Below, in pieces: positions 29,248 through 38,209 of a DNA stretch of 64,000 bases. The DNA is taken from NCBI GenBank assembly GCA_963787125.1, contig CAWBBV010000007.1, positions 480,001-544,000 on the forward strand, read 5' to 3'. The stretch's first letter is position 1. Every line of letters begins with the position of its first letter. Under the pieces are notes generated by a model. It was not told the DNA's origin. It saw nothing but the letters and a program-made list of their open reading frames with translations, and did no database searches. A program made the translations under genes and the position numbers. The stretch is from an uncultured delta proteobacterium. Lineage in GTDB: Bacteria; Desulfobacterota; Desulfuromonadia; Geobacterales; DSM-12255.

Positions 29248-29276
29248 TTGACATACAGGCATGCTCTTCATAGAGT
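29248..29276 (+). promoter_or_regulatory. Putative sigma70 promoter of the 29378-> TMTC-like pair
   Basis: TTGACA-N17-TAGAGT. Confidence 0.6.
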
Positions 29277-29377
29277 TTCCCCAGGGGATTTTACCGTAAC
29301 AGTCAAAGTGTAACCTGCCACAAATAGGTTCAGTTTATGAAACTCCTGGAAAACCAATCCATTGGAAAGCTCCCGCC

Positions 29378-31027
29378 ATGAACAGTGAAAGAGCCTACCC
29401 TAATCTTCTGCCGCTCCTTGTGCTGTTTGCAGCCACAGTTGCAGTCTATGGCCGGATTCTTTGCCATGACTTCGTCCTCTCCTGGGATGATTACTATTAT
29501 GTCGCCAGTAACGAGGCTATCAAAGCGATTTCCTGGCAAAATATCCGGACAGTTTTCAGCAGTTATTTTGTCGGTAACTATGCGCCGGTGCAGATGCTTT
29601 CCTATATGCTCGACCACTCTTTGTGGGGGCTAAAGGCCGGAGGATTTCTTTTTACAAATATTCTGCTGCATTATCTTAATGGCCTGCTGGTCTATCGGCT
29701 GTTTTACCGCTTCCATGCCAGTATCACCATGGCTGTCTGCGGGGCAGCGATTTTCCTTTTACACCCCATTCAGGTTGAAACAGTCGCCTGGGTTTCACAG
29801 CGCAAGACACTTTTGGCAATGGCTTTCTTTCTGCTTGCCTGGGAGCTTTATTGTCGTTACCGGCAGAAGATAACAGCCGCTAAAACTGAATATACCCTCG
29901 CACTGCTTGCCTTCGCGGTTGCCGGGCTTTGCAAGTCGGTTGTCGTCATTCTTCCGCTAGTTCTGCTGCTGGATGATCTCTGTTCAGCCTTCAGTTCAAA
30001 CCGTCGCCGCTTGCTCGATAAACTCCCCTTTTTTGTTATTGCGGCAGCTATTGCCTGGCTGGCGATACTGAGCCAACAGCCTGATACCATCACCTGGGGA
30101 GGCGCTGCTGGTGGCGGTATGAGCGCTTATCACGGTGGCAGTCACTATGCCACTTTCCTGACAATGGTGACGGTGCTCCTGCGTTATATCTGGCTGATTG
30201 TCTGGCCGCTAAAACTTAGCGCCCTTTATGATCATACTGTCTACACCGTCATTAACAGCCAGGTTGTTGGTGCTGCCTTAATCCTGGCTACTCTGGTCAT
30301 TTTCAGCATGGTGCTGTTCAGGCAAAACCGACGCGCCGGTTTCTGGCCGCTGTTTTTTCTGACGGCACTTTTGCCGGTTTCCCAGATAATCCCTCTTGTC
30401 ACCCTGATGAATGACCGCTACCTCTACTTTCCGCTGATTGCCGTTGCAGGCCTTTTCGGAATAGGTGCGGCTAAAACGTGCGAAAGGTTTGGCCGGAAAG
30501 GCTGGCTGCTGATTATCCCCGTGGTGCTACTTTTCGCGACCCTCGCTTTTCAGCGCGCCGGAGTCTGGCGTGATGATATAACCTTGTGGCAGGATACCGT
30601 GCAGAAAGCCCCTGACCGGGCTGAGGCCTGGCAGAATCTTGCGATATCACTGCAGAGCTCAGCCGAAAATCACAAAAGAGAGGCAATCACAGCGTATGAA
30701 CATTCGTATAAACTGCAGCCAAGAGAGACAACTCTCTATCTACTCGGTACGGTTTATCAGGAGATTAAGGCGTACGATAAGTCCTTGGCTTGCTTTGAGC
30801 GGGTGGTGGCTGGAACTCCTGACAATGTCATGGCTTTGACAGCTATGGGAAATACTTACCGCTTGATGGGTGAGTACGAAAAAGCCGGGCCCCCGCTGCT
30901 GAGGGCATACCAGTTGCAACCCGAAGCTTTGGAGGTTGTCAGGTTTCTGGAGCTTCTTCAAAGTGATAGCAGAGCTTGGGGTAGAGCCGGAAGTCGCCTG
31001 CCACAGCGTAAAAAGGATAATAAATGA
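29378..31027 (+). CDS. TMTC-like GT-C glycosyltransferase with TPRs
   Basis: SWDD, NYAPV, HPIQVETVAWVSQRK, MNDRYLY motifs. Confidence 0.75.
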   Translation: MNSERAYPNLLPLLVLFAATVAVYGRILCHDFVLSWDDYYYVASNEAIKAISWQNIRTVFSSYFVGNYAPVQMLSYMLDHSLWGLKAGGFLFTNILLHYLNGLLVYRLFYRFHASITMAVCGAAIFLLHPIQVETVAWVSQRKTLLAMAFFLLAWELYCRYRQKITAAKTEYTLALLAFAVAGLCKSVVVILPLVLLLDDLCSAFSSNRRRLLDKLPFFVIAAAIAWLAILSQQPDTITWGGAAGGGMSAYHGGSHYATFLTMVTVLLRYIWLIVWPLKLSALYDHTVYTVINSQVVGAALILATLVIFSMVLFRQNRRAGFWPLFFLTALLPVSQIIPLVTLMNDRYLYFPLIAVAGLFGIGAAKTCERFGRKGWLLIIPVVLLFATLAFQRAGVWRDDITLWQDTVQKAPDRAEAWQNLAISLQSSAENHKREAITAYEHSYKLQPRETTLYLLGTVYQEIKAYDKSLACFERVVAGTPDNVMALTAMGNTYRLMGEYEKAGPPLLRAYQLQPEALEVVRFLELLQSDSRAWGRAGSRLPQRKKDNK

Positions 31028-32703
31028 TTGCGGTGCGTTTGCGATCTCATTTGCCAACTTTCGTCTTTCTTGTTACGGCTGTCATAGCTGTCTATGGCAG
31101 GACTCTTGGCCATGATTTCTTGATCAACTGGGACGATAATGTCTATGTCACTGCCAACAGCTCTATCCAGGGTTTTTCTGTCGAAAATATCCGGGCACTG
31201 TTCACAAACTATTATGCGGGGAATTATGCACCGTTGCAGATGTTCTCCTATATGCTTGACTACACGCTCTGGGGACTCTGGCCGGGCGGTTTTCTGCTGA
31301 CAAATGTCATTCTGCATACATTTAACGGGCTTCTTTTATATGGAATTATCTTCAAATCCTATGGTGATAGGCAGTTGGCTGGCGTTGCTGCGGCAATTTT
31401 TCTGCTTCATCCGGTCCAGGTCGAATCTGTCGCCTGGATTTCGCAACGCAAAAATCTACTGGCAATGTTATTCATGCTGCTCGCCTGGATTGCTTATCTT
31501 TGCTACCGGGAGAGTGCCGGCATTGAACGGCGGCTTACCTATGCCATTGCGGTAGCTGCGTTTCTCTGCTCACTCCTTGCCAAATCTGCCGCAGTGTTTT
31601 TCCCGGTTGCCCTGTTTTTGTATGATTACTGTTTTCCGGTGAGAGGGCAAAAAGTCAGGGTGGTCGATAAAATCCCTTTTCTGCTTCTTGCCATAGCAGC
31701 AGCTTTTCTTGCCATATTGAGTCAATCCCCTGACGTTAAAGGTTTCAGCGGTATGGATTTCGGTGGCCGTGCCCCTTGGCATGGTGGCAGCCCCTGGGCA
31801 ACTTTTTTGACCATGTTGCCGGTGTTTTGCAGTTATCTGAAATTGATGATCTGGCCTGCCGGTCTCAGTGCTCTTTACAATCCGGTGGTTTACAGGTCCC
31901 TCGAAATGCCGGTAATCGCGGCTTTTATCCTGTTGTCGGTTCTCGGGTTCTTCAGCTGTCGGCTTTGTCGCCATAATCTTCGTAACGGTTACTGGTCACT
32001 GTTTTTTATTCTGGCGATTCTCCCTGTTTCTCAGCTGATCCCTTTAGTAACAATTATGAACGACCGCTATCTATATTTCCCGCTAATAGGTTTTGCAGTA
32101 CTGAGTGGAGTTGGCGCGGTCGCATTACGAGATCGACTGAGCCTTAAGGGTTCGCAGGGCGTTTTAATTCTACTCATTGGTGTGTTGACAGCTATTTCGT
32201 TTCAGCGCGCAGGGGTCTGGAAAAACTCAAAAACTCTCTGGAGCGACGCTGTCGAAAAAGTGCCTGGAAAGTTTGAAGCCTGGGAAGGGCTGGGAGAGGC
32301 GTACCACCAGATTGAGCCAATTTCTCTAAAGTCTGCTGAATATGCCTATTCAAGGGCTTTTACCATTTATTCTTCCGGGCCGAATAATCTCTTTAACCTT
32401 GCCAGAGTAAAGATTGCACAAGGGGACGAGGCGCAAGGCTTAACTCTTTTACAAAGGCTGCTAAAGGTTAATTCTGAATATGTAGTGGGATGGGTTACCC
32501 TTGGGGATATCTGGCTTGGTCGATCAGATTTCCGGCAGGCCGAGGCAGCTTACTTGCAGGCTGAGAAGCTGCAACCGGAGGCGATTGAGGTGAACATAAA
32601 GCTCCTGGAGCTCTACAGCGCCACAAAAAATATTGGCAAGGCAGTTTTTTATGCAAAACAAGTTGAGCGTTTAAATGGCCAATCAAGGGAACTCAATCCT
32701 TGA
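31024..32703 (+). CDS. TMTC-like GT-C glycosyltransferase with TPRs (close paralogue of 29378..31027)
   Basis: NWDD, NYAPL, HPVQVESVAWISQRK, MNDRYLY. ATGA overlap. Confidence 0.75.
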   Translation: MIAVRLRSHLPTFVFLVTAVIAVYGRTLGHDFLINWDDNVYVTANSSIQGFSVENIRALFTNYYAGNYAPLQMFSYMLDYTLWGLWPGGFLLTNVILHTFNGLLLYGIIFKSYGDRQLAGVAAAIFLLHPVQVESVAWISQRKNLLAMLFMLLAWIAYLCYRESAGIERRLTYAIAVAAFLCSLLAKSAAVFFPVALFLYDYCFPVRGQKVRVVDKIPFLLLAIAAAFLAILSQSPDVKGFSGMDFGGRAPWHGGSPWATFLTMLPVFCSYLKLMIWPAGLSALYNPVVYRSLEMPVIAAFILLSVLGFFSCRLCRHNLRNGYWSLFFILAILPVSQLIPLVTIMNDRYLYFPLIGFAVLSGVGAVALRDRLSLKGSQGVLILLIGVLTAISFQRAGVWKNSKTLWSDAVEKVPGKFEAWEGLGEAYHQIEPISLKSAEYAYSRAFTIYSSGPNNLFNLARVKIAQGDEAQGLTLLQRLLKVNSEYVVGWVTLGDIWLGRSDFRQAEAAYLQAEKLQPEAIEVNIKLLELYSATKNIGKAVFYAKQVERLNGQSRELNP

Positions 32704-32767
32704 AAAAAGCCCGGATGGCAGTTAGAGTAGCTCCATGCGTACTATTCACTTTACTAGAGAGGAATAA

Positions 32768-33505
32768 ATGAAAACTCTGATAACCATTGCGATTCTGCTT
32801 ATGACAGCTCTGCCGGTTTTTGCTGCGACAACAACTGATGTTGACGCGAAGAAGCCTCAACCGGTCAAACCGAAGAAAAAGGTTTCTGCATATGCGCCGA
32901 TAAAGCTGAAAACAGAAGAGCAAAAAACTCTTTACGGTCTTGGTCTTGTGATAGCCAGGCAATTGGCAGTATTTGATCTTTCTCCCAAAGAACTGCAGAT
33001 AGTCAGGCAGGGTATTTACGACGGAGTCAAAGGACGGAAGCAGAAGGTTGACTTTGCTAAATACAGTAAAAAGTCCGTGGAGTTGGGAATTGCGCGTCGC
33101 GACGCTCTTGGCAAGAAGTTGATTGCCCGGACTCCGGATTTTATAGAATTGGCCTTAGCTGAAGAGGGCGCAGTCAAGAGCGCTACCGGAGTTATTTATC
33201 TCTCTTTACGTGAAGGCGATGGGGTAAGTCCGATCGATACTGATAAGGTTAAAATTCACCAAAGAGCGACACTCGTTGACGGTAGAGAAGTTGAAAACTC
33301 CTATAAACGAGGTGAACCTGACACCGGCGAGCTGAAAGAGTCACTGCCGTGCCTGGCCGAAGGGGTGAAATTGATGAAACCGGGAGGGAAGGCCAGAATT
33401 ATCTGCCCGCCTGAAACTGCCTTTGCCAAAGAGGGGTCAGGTGTGGTGCCGCCGGATGCTACGGTAATTTTTGAAGTGGAGTTGTTGGGGATAATCAAAC
33501 CGTGA
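32768..33505 (+). CDS. Secreted FkpA/Mip-type FKBP protein with degenerate PPIase site
   Basis: Signal peptide, YGLG dimerisation helix, SYKRGEP, LMKPGGKA...PP, VPPDATVIFEVEL. Confidence 0.8.
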   Translation: MKTLITIAILLMTALPVFAATTTDVDAKKPQPVKPKKKVSAYAPIKLKTEEQKTLYGLGLVIARQLAVFDLSPKELQIVRQGIYDGVKGRKQKVDFAKYSKKSVELGIARRDALGKKLIARTPDFIELALAEEGAVKSATGVIYLSLREGDGVSPIDTDKVKIHQRATLVDGREVENSYKRGEPDTGELKESLPCLAEGVKLMKPGGKARIICPPETAFAKEGSGVVPPDATVIFEVELLGIIKP

Positions 33506-33601
33506 TGTCCAACGCACTGAGCTGCAACTATTAAGGTGAATGGTCAAATCCGGGAAATTGAAATATTGCCTGCCGGATGATTCAGTTATTAAAAGGATGA
33601 A

Positions 33602-34546
33602 ATGCGCCGCTTAAAAAACCTCTTTAACCCAATTGTAACGCTGATAGTCGTTCAGGTTGTCTGGATCGGACTGGTTGTTCTCTGGATAATCTGGTTCCTG
33701 GGGCGTCACTATGAGCTCAGGAGATTTGCAGAGCAGTATCGTCCGGAGCTTGTGCCGACACATATAAACTGGCCGGTTTTGGCCGGCGGCATAATAATGC
33801 TTGCATTCGTTCTTTTGGGCTTATACGTAATTTTCATCTATTGGAAACGCCAGTCCCGGCTTTATGCAGAACAGAAAACCTTTATCGCGCAGATAACTCA
33901 TGAGCTTAAGTCACCCCTTGCCTCCATCCGCCTCCATCTCGAAACTATCCGGCTGCGCAAGCCAACAGCAGACAAGATGGAGCGGTTTCTGGATACGATG
34001 CTAGCCGATACTGAGCGGCTTAACACTCTTATAAGTAATTTCCTGATGGCGGCAAAACTAGAGCAGCGGCCAGTAGGTGCTGGTTTAACTACCGTCGATT
34101 TCAGCGCTTTTGTTGAGAAATTCATTCATGAGTTCGGGATGCATCTTCCTGATGGTAGCAGTTTGACGAGAGAGGTTGACGCAGGAATATTTGCAAAAGT
34201 TGATGTGGAAGGGATGGAAATGGTCCTTCGCAATCTACTGGAAAATGCATTCCTCTATAGCCCTGCAGCCCCTGAGGTCCATGTGGCGCTCAATAGAGGC
34301 GTGAAAAACTGCACGCTGACTGTTTCCGACAACGGTAGTGGAATTATTAGAAAAGAGCTTAAAAAAGTTTTCAAGATGTTCTACCGGGTCAGAAATGCCG
34401 GAGAGACTATCAGAGGAACTGGACTTGGCCTGTATATTGTCCAATCCATTATAGCCAGGCATAACGGCAAGATCAGGGCTGAAAGTGAAGGTGCTGGCAG
34501 AGGCTGCCACTTTATTATTACATTACCTACTGTTGAGGTTGGTTAA
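33602..34546 (+). CDS. Sensor histidine kinase
   Basis: 2 TMs, THELKSPL, NLLENA, DNGSG, GTGLGL. Confidence 0.92.
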   Translation: MRRLKNLFNPIVTLIVVQVVWIGLVVLWIIWFLGRHYELRRFAEQYRPELVPTHINWPVLAGGIIMLAFVLLGLYVIFIYWKRQSRLYAEQKTFIAQITHELKSPLASIRLHLETIRLRKPTADKMERFLDTMLADTERLNTLISNFLMAAKLEQRPVGAGLTTVDFSAFVEKFIHEFGMHLPDGSSLTREVDAGIFAKVDVEGMEMVLRNLLENAFLYSPAAPEVHVALNRGVKNCTLTVSDNGSGIIRKELKKVFKMFYRVRNAGETIRGTGLGLYIVQSIIARHNGKIRAESEGAGRGCHFIITLPTVEVG

Positions 34547-35250
34547 TGGACAGACCCCATATTCTTCTGGTGGAAGACGAAATTCATCTGGCTCGCGGTA
34601 TCTGCTTCAATCTGGAGCAGGAAGATTGCCGTGTAAGCCATGTTGAAAGCGGCGAGGAGGCCCTTGATCGCCTGGTTTACGACAGATTCGCCTTGATTAT
34701 TCTGGACGTAATGCTGCCCGGTATGGATGGGTTTGAGCTCTGCCGCAAGGTGCGCGAATCAGACTCCAGAGTGCCGGTGCTTATGCTTACAGCCCGCTCG
34801 GAAGAGGGTGACCGGATTACCGGGCTTGCAAGTGGCGCTGATGATTACCTGACAAAGCCATTTAGTCTTAATGAGTTTTTGCTGCGAGTTAAAGGGATGC
34901 TGCGACGTTCAGCATGGTATCTTCCTGAGCCGATCGAAGAGGGTTACAGGTTCGGGGAGAACGAGGTTTATCTACTGTCTTACAGAGCAAGGACTGCCCA
35001 GGGTGAAATTGATCTTACCGACCTTGAAGTCAGGATGTTAACGCTTCTTTTCCAGAAAGAGGGTGAGGCTGTCAGTAGGGGTGAACTGCTCGAAAGGGTC
35101 TGGGGATACTCTTCTGATGTAGAAACACGGACCCTGGATAATTTTATCGTTCGTTTCAGGAAATACTTTGAACCGAATCCGGGTAGTCCTGAGTTTTTCC
35201 AGACGGTAAGAGGGGTAGGTTACAGGTTCTGCAGGAAAGGCGGGGGGTAA
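34546..35250 (+). CDS. OmpR/PhoB-family response regulator
   Basis: VEDE, LDVMLP, GADDYLTKPF, TVRGVGY. Confidence 0.93.
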   Translation: MDRPHILLVEDEIHLARGICFNLEQEDCRVSHVESGEEALDRLVYDRFALIILDVMLPGMDGFELCRKVRESDSRVPVLMLTARSEEGDRITGLASGADDYLTKPFSLNEFLLRVKGMLRRSAWYLPEPIEEGYRFGENEVYLLSYRARTAQGEIDLTDLEVRMLTLLFQKEGEAVSRGELLERVWGYSSDVETRTLDNFIVRFRKYFEPNPGSPEFFQTVRGVGYRFCRKGGG

Positions 35251-35285
35251 TAAAGAAGCCGGTGGTTGTCCCCCGGCTTCTTTAT
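35250..35285. terminator. Bidirectional intrinsic terminator between RR and metK
   Basis: ATAAAGAAGCCGG...CCGGCTTCTTTAT inverted repeat between convergent genes. Confidence 0.75.
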
Positions 35286-35302
35286 CTTAAAACTGATGCC
35301 GA

Positions 35303-36472
35303 CTAAAGTCCGGCTTTACCCCTGATGATATCAGCCTTGTCTTTTTTCTCCCAGGTAAATTCAGGAAGTTCCCTGCCGAAATGACCATATGCTGCTGTCA
35401 GTTTGTATATCGGTCTAAGCAGATCCAGCTGCTCTATGATCGCTCTTGGACGAAGGTCAAAAACATCACGGATAATCTGGGCAATTCTTGATTCGGCAAT
35501 CGTGCCGGTGCCGAAAGTGTTAACCATCACAGAAACAGGTTCTGCAACTCCGATTGCATAGGCAACTTGAACTTCACACTTTTCACATACCCCTGCAGCA
35601 ACAAGGTTTTTGGCAACGTAGCGTCCCATATACGCAGCAGAACGGTCGACTTTGGAAGGGTCTTTACCCGAGAATGCGCCGCCGCCGTGACGCCCTGCGC
35701 CGCCGTAAGTGTCAACAATGATTTTCCTTCCGGTAAGACCGCAGTCACCCATGGGGCCACCAACAACAAAACGACCAGTCGGGTTTATGAATATTTTTGT
35801 GTGTGCATCCATGAGATGCGCCGGGATGACTTTTTTCACAACAGCATCGATAATCCCTTCCTGGATGGTCTCGTGGGAGACGTCAGGGGTATGCTGAGAC
35901 GAAATGACCACTGTGTCAACATAGACCGGCTTGTCATTTTCATAACGAATGGATACCTGGGATTTTGAATCCGGGCGGAGAAAGTGGAGTTCGCCTGATT
36001 TTCTTACATCTGCCAATCGTTTTACCAGTTGGTGGGAGAGGAGTATCGGCATCGGCATCAGTTCAGGCGTTTCGTTACAGGCGTAACCAAACATAATCCC
36101 CTGGTCGCCTGCTCCCTGATCTTTGAACATCCCTTCACCTTCAGTGACTCCCATGGCGATATCAGGAGACTGTTTGTCGATGGAGGTGATGACAGCACAG
36201 GTCTCCCAGTCGAATCCCATTGCAGAGTCGTTATACCCGATTTCCCTAATGGTTTCTCTGACAATTGATGGCATGTCAGCATAGGCTGTCGTAGTTATCT
36301 CGCCGGCTATCACAGCCATGCCCGTTGTAACCAGGGTTTCGCAGGCAACCCGTGCTTTTGGGTCCTGGGCAATGATCGCGTCCAGAATGGCGTCTGAAAT
36401 CTGATCCGCGACTTTGTCAGGATGACCTTCCGAAACAGATTCTGAACTGAAGATATACTCTTTCTTCTCCAT
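35303..36472 (-). CDS. metK: S-adenosylmethionine synthetase
   Basis: [26 protein letters not shown]. Confidence 0.98.
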   Translation of the reverse strand: MEKKEYIFSSESVSEGHPDKVADQISDAILDAIIAQDPKARVACETLVTTGMAVIAGEITTTAYADMPSIVRETIREIGYNDSAMGFDWETCAVITSIDKQSPDIAMGVTEGEGMFKDQGAGDQGIMFGYACNETPELMPMPILLSHQLVKRLADVRKSGELHFLRPDSKSQVSIRYENDKPVYVDTVVISSQHTPDVSHETIQEGIIDAVVKKVIPAHLMDAHTKIFINPTGRFVVGGPMGDCGLTGRKIIVDTYGGAGRHGGGAFSGKDPSKVDRSAAYMGRYVAKNLVAAGVCEKCEVQVAYAIGVAEPVSVMVNTFGTGTIAESRIAQIIRDVFDLRPRAIIEQLDLLRPIYKLTAAYGHFGRELPEFTWEKKDKADIIRGKAGL

Positions 36473-36689
36473 TATTCTTATCTCCCCCTTAAATGCTGAG
36501 CACCTTTATCTAAAAGTTTGTTTTATAACTCTTTATCTCGGCACGGTCAAGAAATAACATTAATTTTAGTATACATTTCCATTAAAATTCCTTTGAAGAT
36601 TGACTCTTATTACAATTGTGATATATATGAGTGCAAATTAAATTAAGCTAGAATGGCCTTACTAGCCAGGACTACAAGGGAGGTTTTAC

Positions 36690-38117
36690 ATGAAAAAGAG
36701 TTTAGTCGCTTTAGCGGCTTTGACAGCAGTAGGGTTCTGTTCGTCAGCAGCTTTAGCCGAAAACAGGGAAGGTGCGGTTAATATTACCCCGGTGATCGGT
36801 GGTTATCATTTTGACGGTATTCAAGGAATTGATGCCAGTGTTCTGGTCGGTCTCAAGGCAGGATACAATCTGACCGACAGGATCGGACTTGAAGGTCTTT
36901 TCCACTATGTGAGGACTACAGAGTACGGACTTACAAAGGGCAACGGAGATAACCTTGACGTTTACAATTACAGGTTGGAAGCTCTTTATAGCATGTTCCC
37001 GAAAAGTAGTTTTGTTCCTCATCTGGCTGTAGGCTATGGCGGTATCAGATATTCTTCTAACACCGGTTACGGTTATTTTGATACCGGAGTTCTCAGCTAC
37101 GGTCTTGGCGCTAAATATTTCTTGAACGATACTATTGCCTTAAGAGGTGATTTACGTCAATTAGTTATAGACCGTGGGCCGACTGTATACAATTATGAAT
37201 ATACGCTCGGACTTAATTTTCAGTTTGGTGGTGTCAGTAAGGCGGCAAAACCTGTAGAAGTCGCGGCAGCCCCGAAAAAAGCTGCTGCAGCTCCAGCCCC
37301 AGCTCCTGCCCCAGCCCCTAAAGTGGTTGAGCCTGCTCCTAAAGTCGTTGAGCCTGTCCCTCCCGCACCTGTCGCAGTTGCTCCAAAGCAAGCCCCAGCT
37401 GTAGTGCCAGTTCCTGTCGTAGTACCGGCTCCAGCACCGACTGCAACACTGGCTGCGAATCCGGCATCCGTTGAGAAAAGCAGTTCGTCAACTCTTAACT
37501 GGAGCGCTCAAAACAGCTCAGAATGCAGCATCCTTCCCGGTATAGGCCCGGTTAAACCTGTTGGCAGCATGGTTGTATCTCCGGCAAACTCGACAACTTA
37601 CAAGCTTGCCTGTAAGGGCAATGGTGGCGTTGCTGAAAGCAGTGCAACTGTTAATGTTGTTCAGCCGCCTCTCGACAGCGACAACGATGGCGTTACTGAT
37701 GAATTCGACAAGTGTCCGAATACCCCTAAAGGCACCAAGGTAGACAAAGATGGGTGTCCTGTTATCGAGTGCAAGAGTGTAACTCTTAGTATTACATTTG
37801 AAACAAATAGTGCCGAGATTAAAGAGCGGCATCACGATGAGCTGAATATAGTTGCTGAAAAACTGGCTAAATTCCCGAAATCAACAACTGTCATTGAAGG
37901 GCATACCGACAATGTCGGTTCTGCCGGTGCGAATAAGAAGCTTTCCCAAAAGCGTGCTGATTCTGTCAAGAAGTATCTGGTCAGTGTCAAAGGTATAGAT
38001 GGAAAGCGTATAGCTGCTAAAGGTTTTGGCGATACCAAGCCGATTGATTCAAATAAGACAGAAGACGGTCGTAGAAACAATAGACGCGTTGAGGCTGTCT
38101 TTAGTTGTCCTGAGTAA
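36690..38117 (+). CDS. OmpA/OprF-like outer-membrane protein (beta-barrel, Pro/Ala linker, Ig-like module, TSP3-like repeat, OmpA_C)
   Basis: Signal peptide, amphipathic beta strands, DSDNDGVTDEFDKCP, IEGHTD...N..LS..RA, RRNNRRVE. Confidence 0.88.
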   Translation: MKKSLVALAALTAVGFCSSAALAENREGAVNITPVIGGYHFDGIQGIDASVLVGLKAGYNLTDRIGLEGLFHYVRTTEYGLTKGNGDNLDVYNYRLEALYSMFPKSSFVPHLAVGYGGIRYSSNTGYGYFDTGVLSYGLGAKYFLNDTIALRGDLRQLVIDRGPTVYNYEYTLGLNFQFGGVSKAAKPVEVAAAPKKAAAAPAPAPAPAPKVVEPAPKVVEPVPPAPVAVAPKQAPAVVPVPVVVPAPAPTATLAANPASVEKSSSSTLNWSAQNSSECSILPGIGPVKPVGSMVVSPANSTTYKLACKGNGGVAESSATVNVVQPPLDSDNDGVTDEFDKCPNTPKGTKVDKDGCPVIECKSVTLSITFETNSAEIKERHHDELNIVAEKLAKFPKSTTVIEGHTDNVGSAGANKKLSQKRADSVKKYLVSVKGIDGKRIAAKGFGDTKPIDSNKTEDGRRNNRRVEAVFSCPE

Positions 38118-38140
38118 TCGTTTCAGCGACATCATGTTTA

Positions 38141-38182
38141 CAACAGAAAAGGCGTACTGGAGACAGTACGCCTTTTCTGTTG
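38141..38182. terminator. Bidirectional intrinsic terminator
   Basis: Perfect 19-bp stem with GAGA loop between the convergent ompA-like gene and ptsI. Confidence 0.85.
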
Positions 38183-38209
38183 CAGATCAGCTTGGGGTTT
38201 GTCAGTCAC

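Noticed and set aside
1..33505. O-antigen, capsule or hopanoid (hpn) cluster interpretation
   Set aside because: No recognisable wzx/wzy/wzz/wza/ABC exporter, shc or hpnCDE genes in the window. Not fully excluded because the locus extends beyond the left edge.
35303..36472. metK as part of the radical-SAM glycosylation system
   Set aside because: It sits in the housekeeping metK-pts-rpoN block, so proximity is probably coincidental.
36473..36689. SAM riboswitch upstream of metK
   Set aside because: No SAM-I/II consensus recognised; the region is short and AT-rich.
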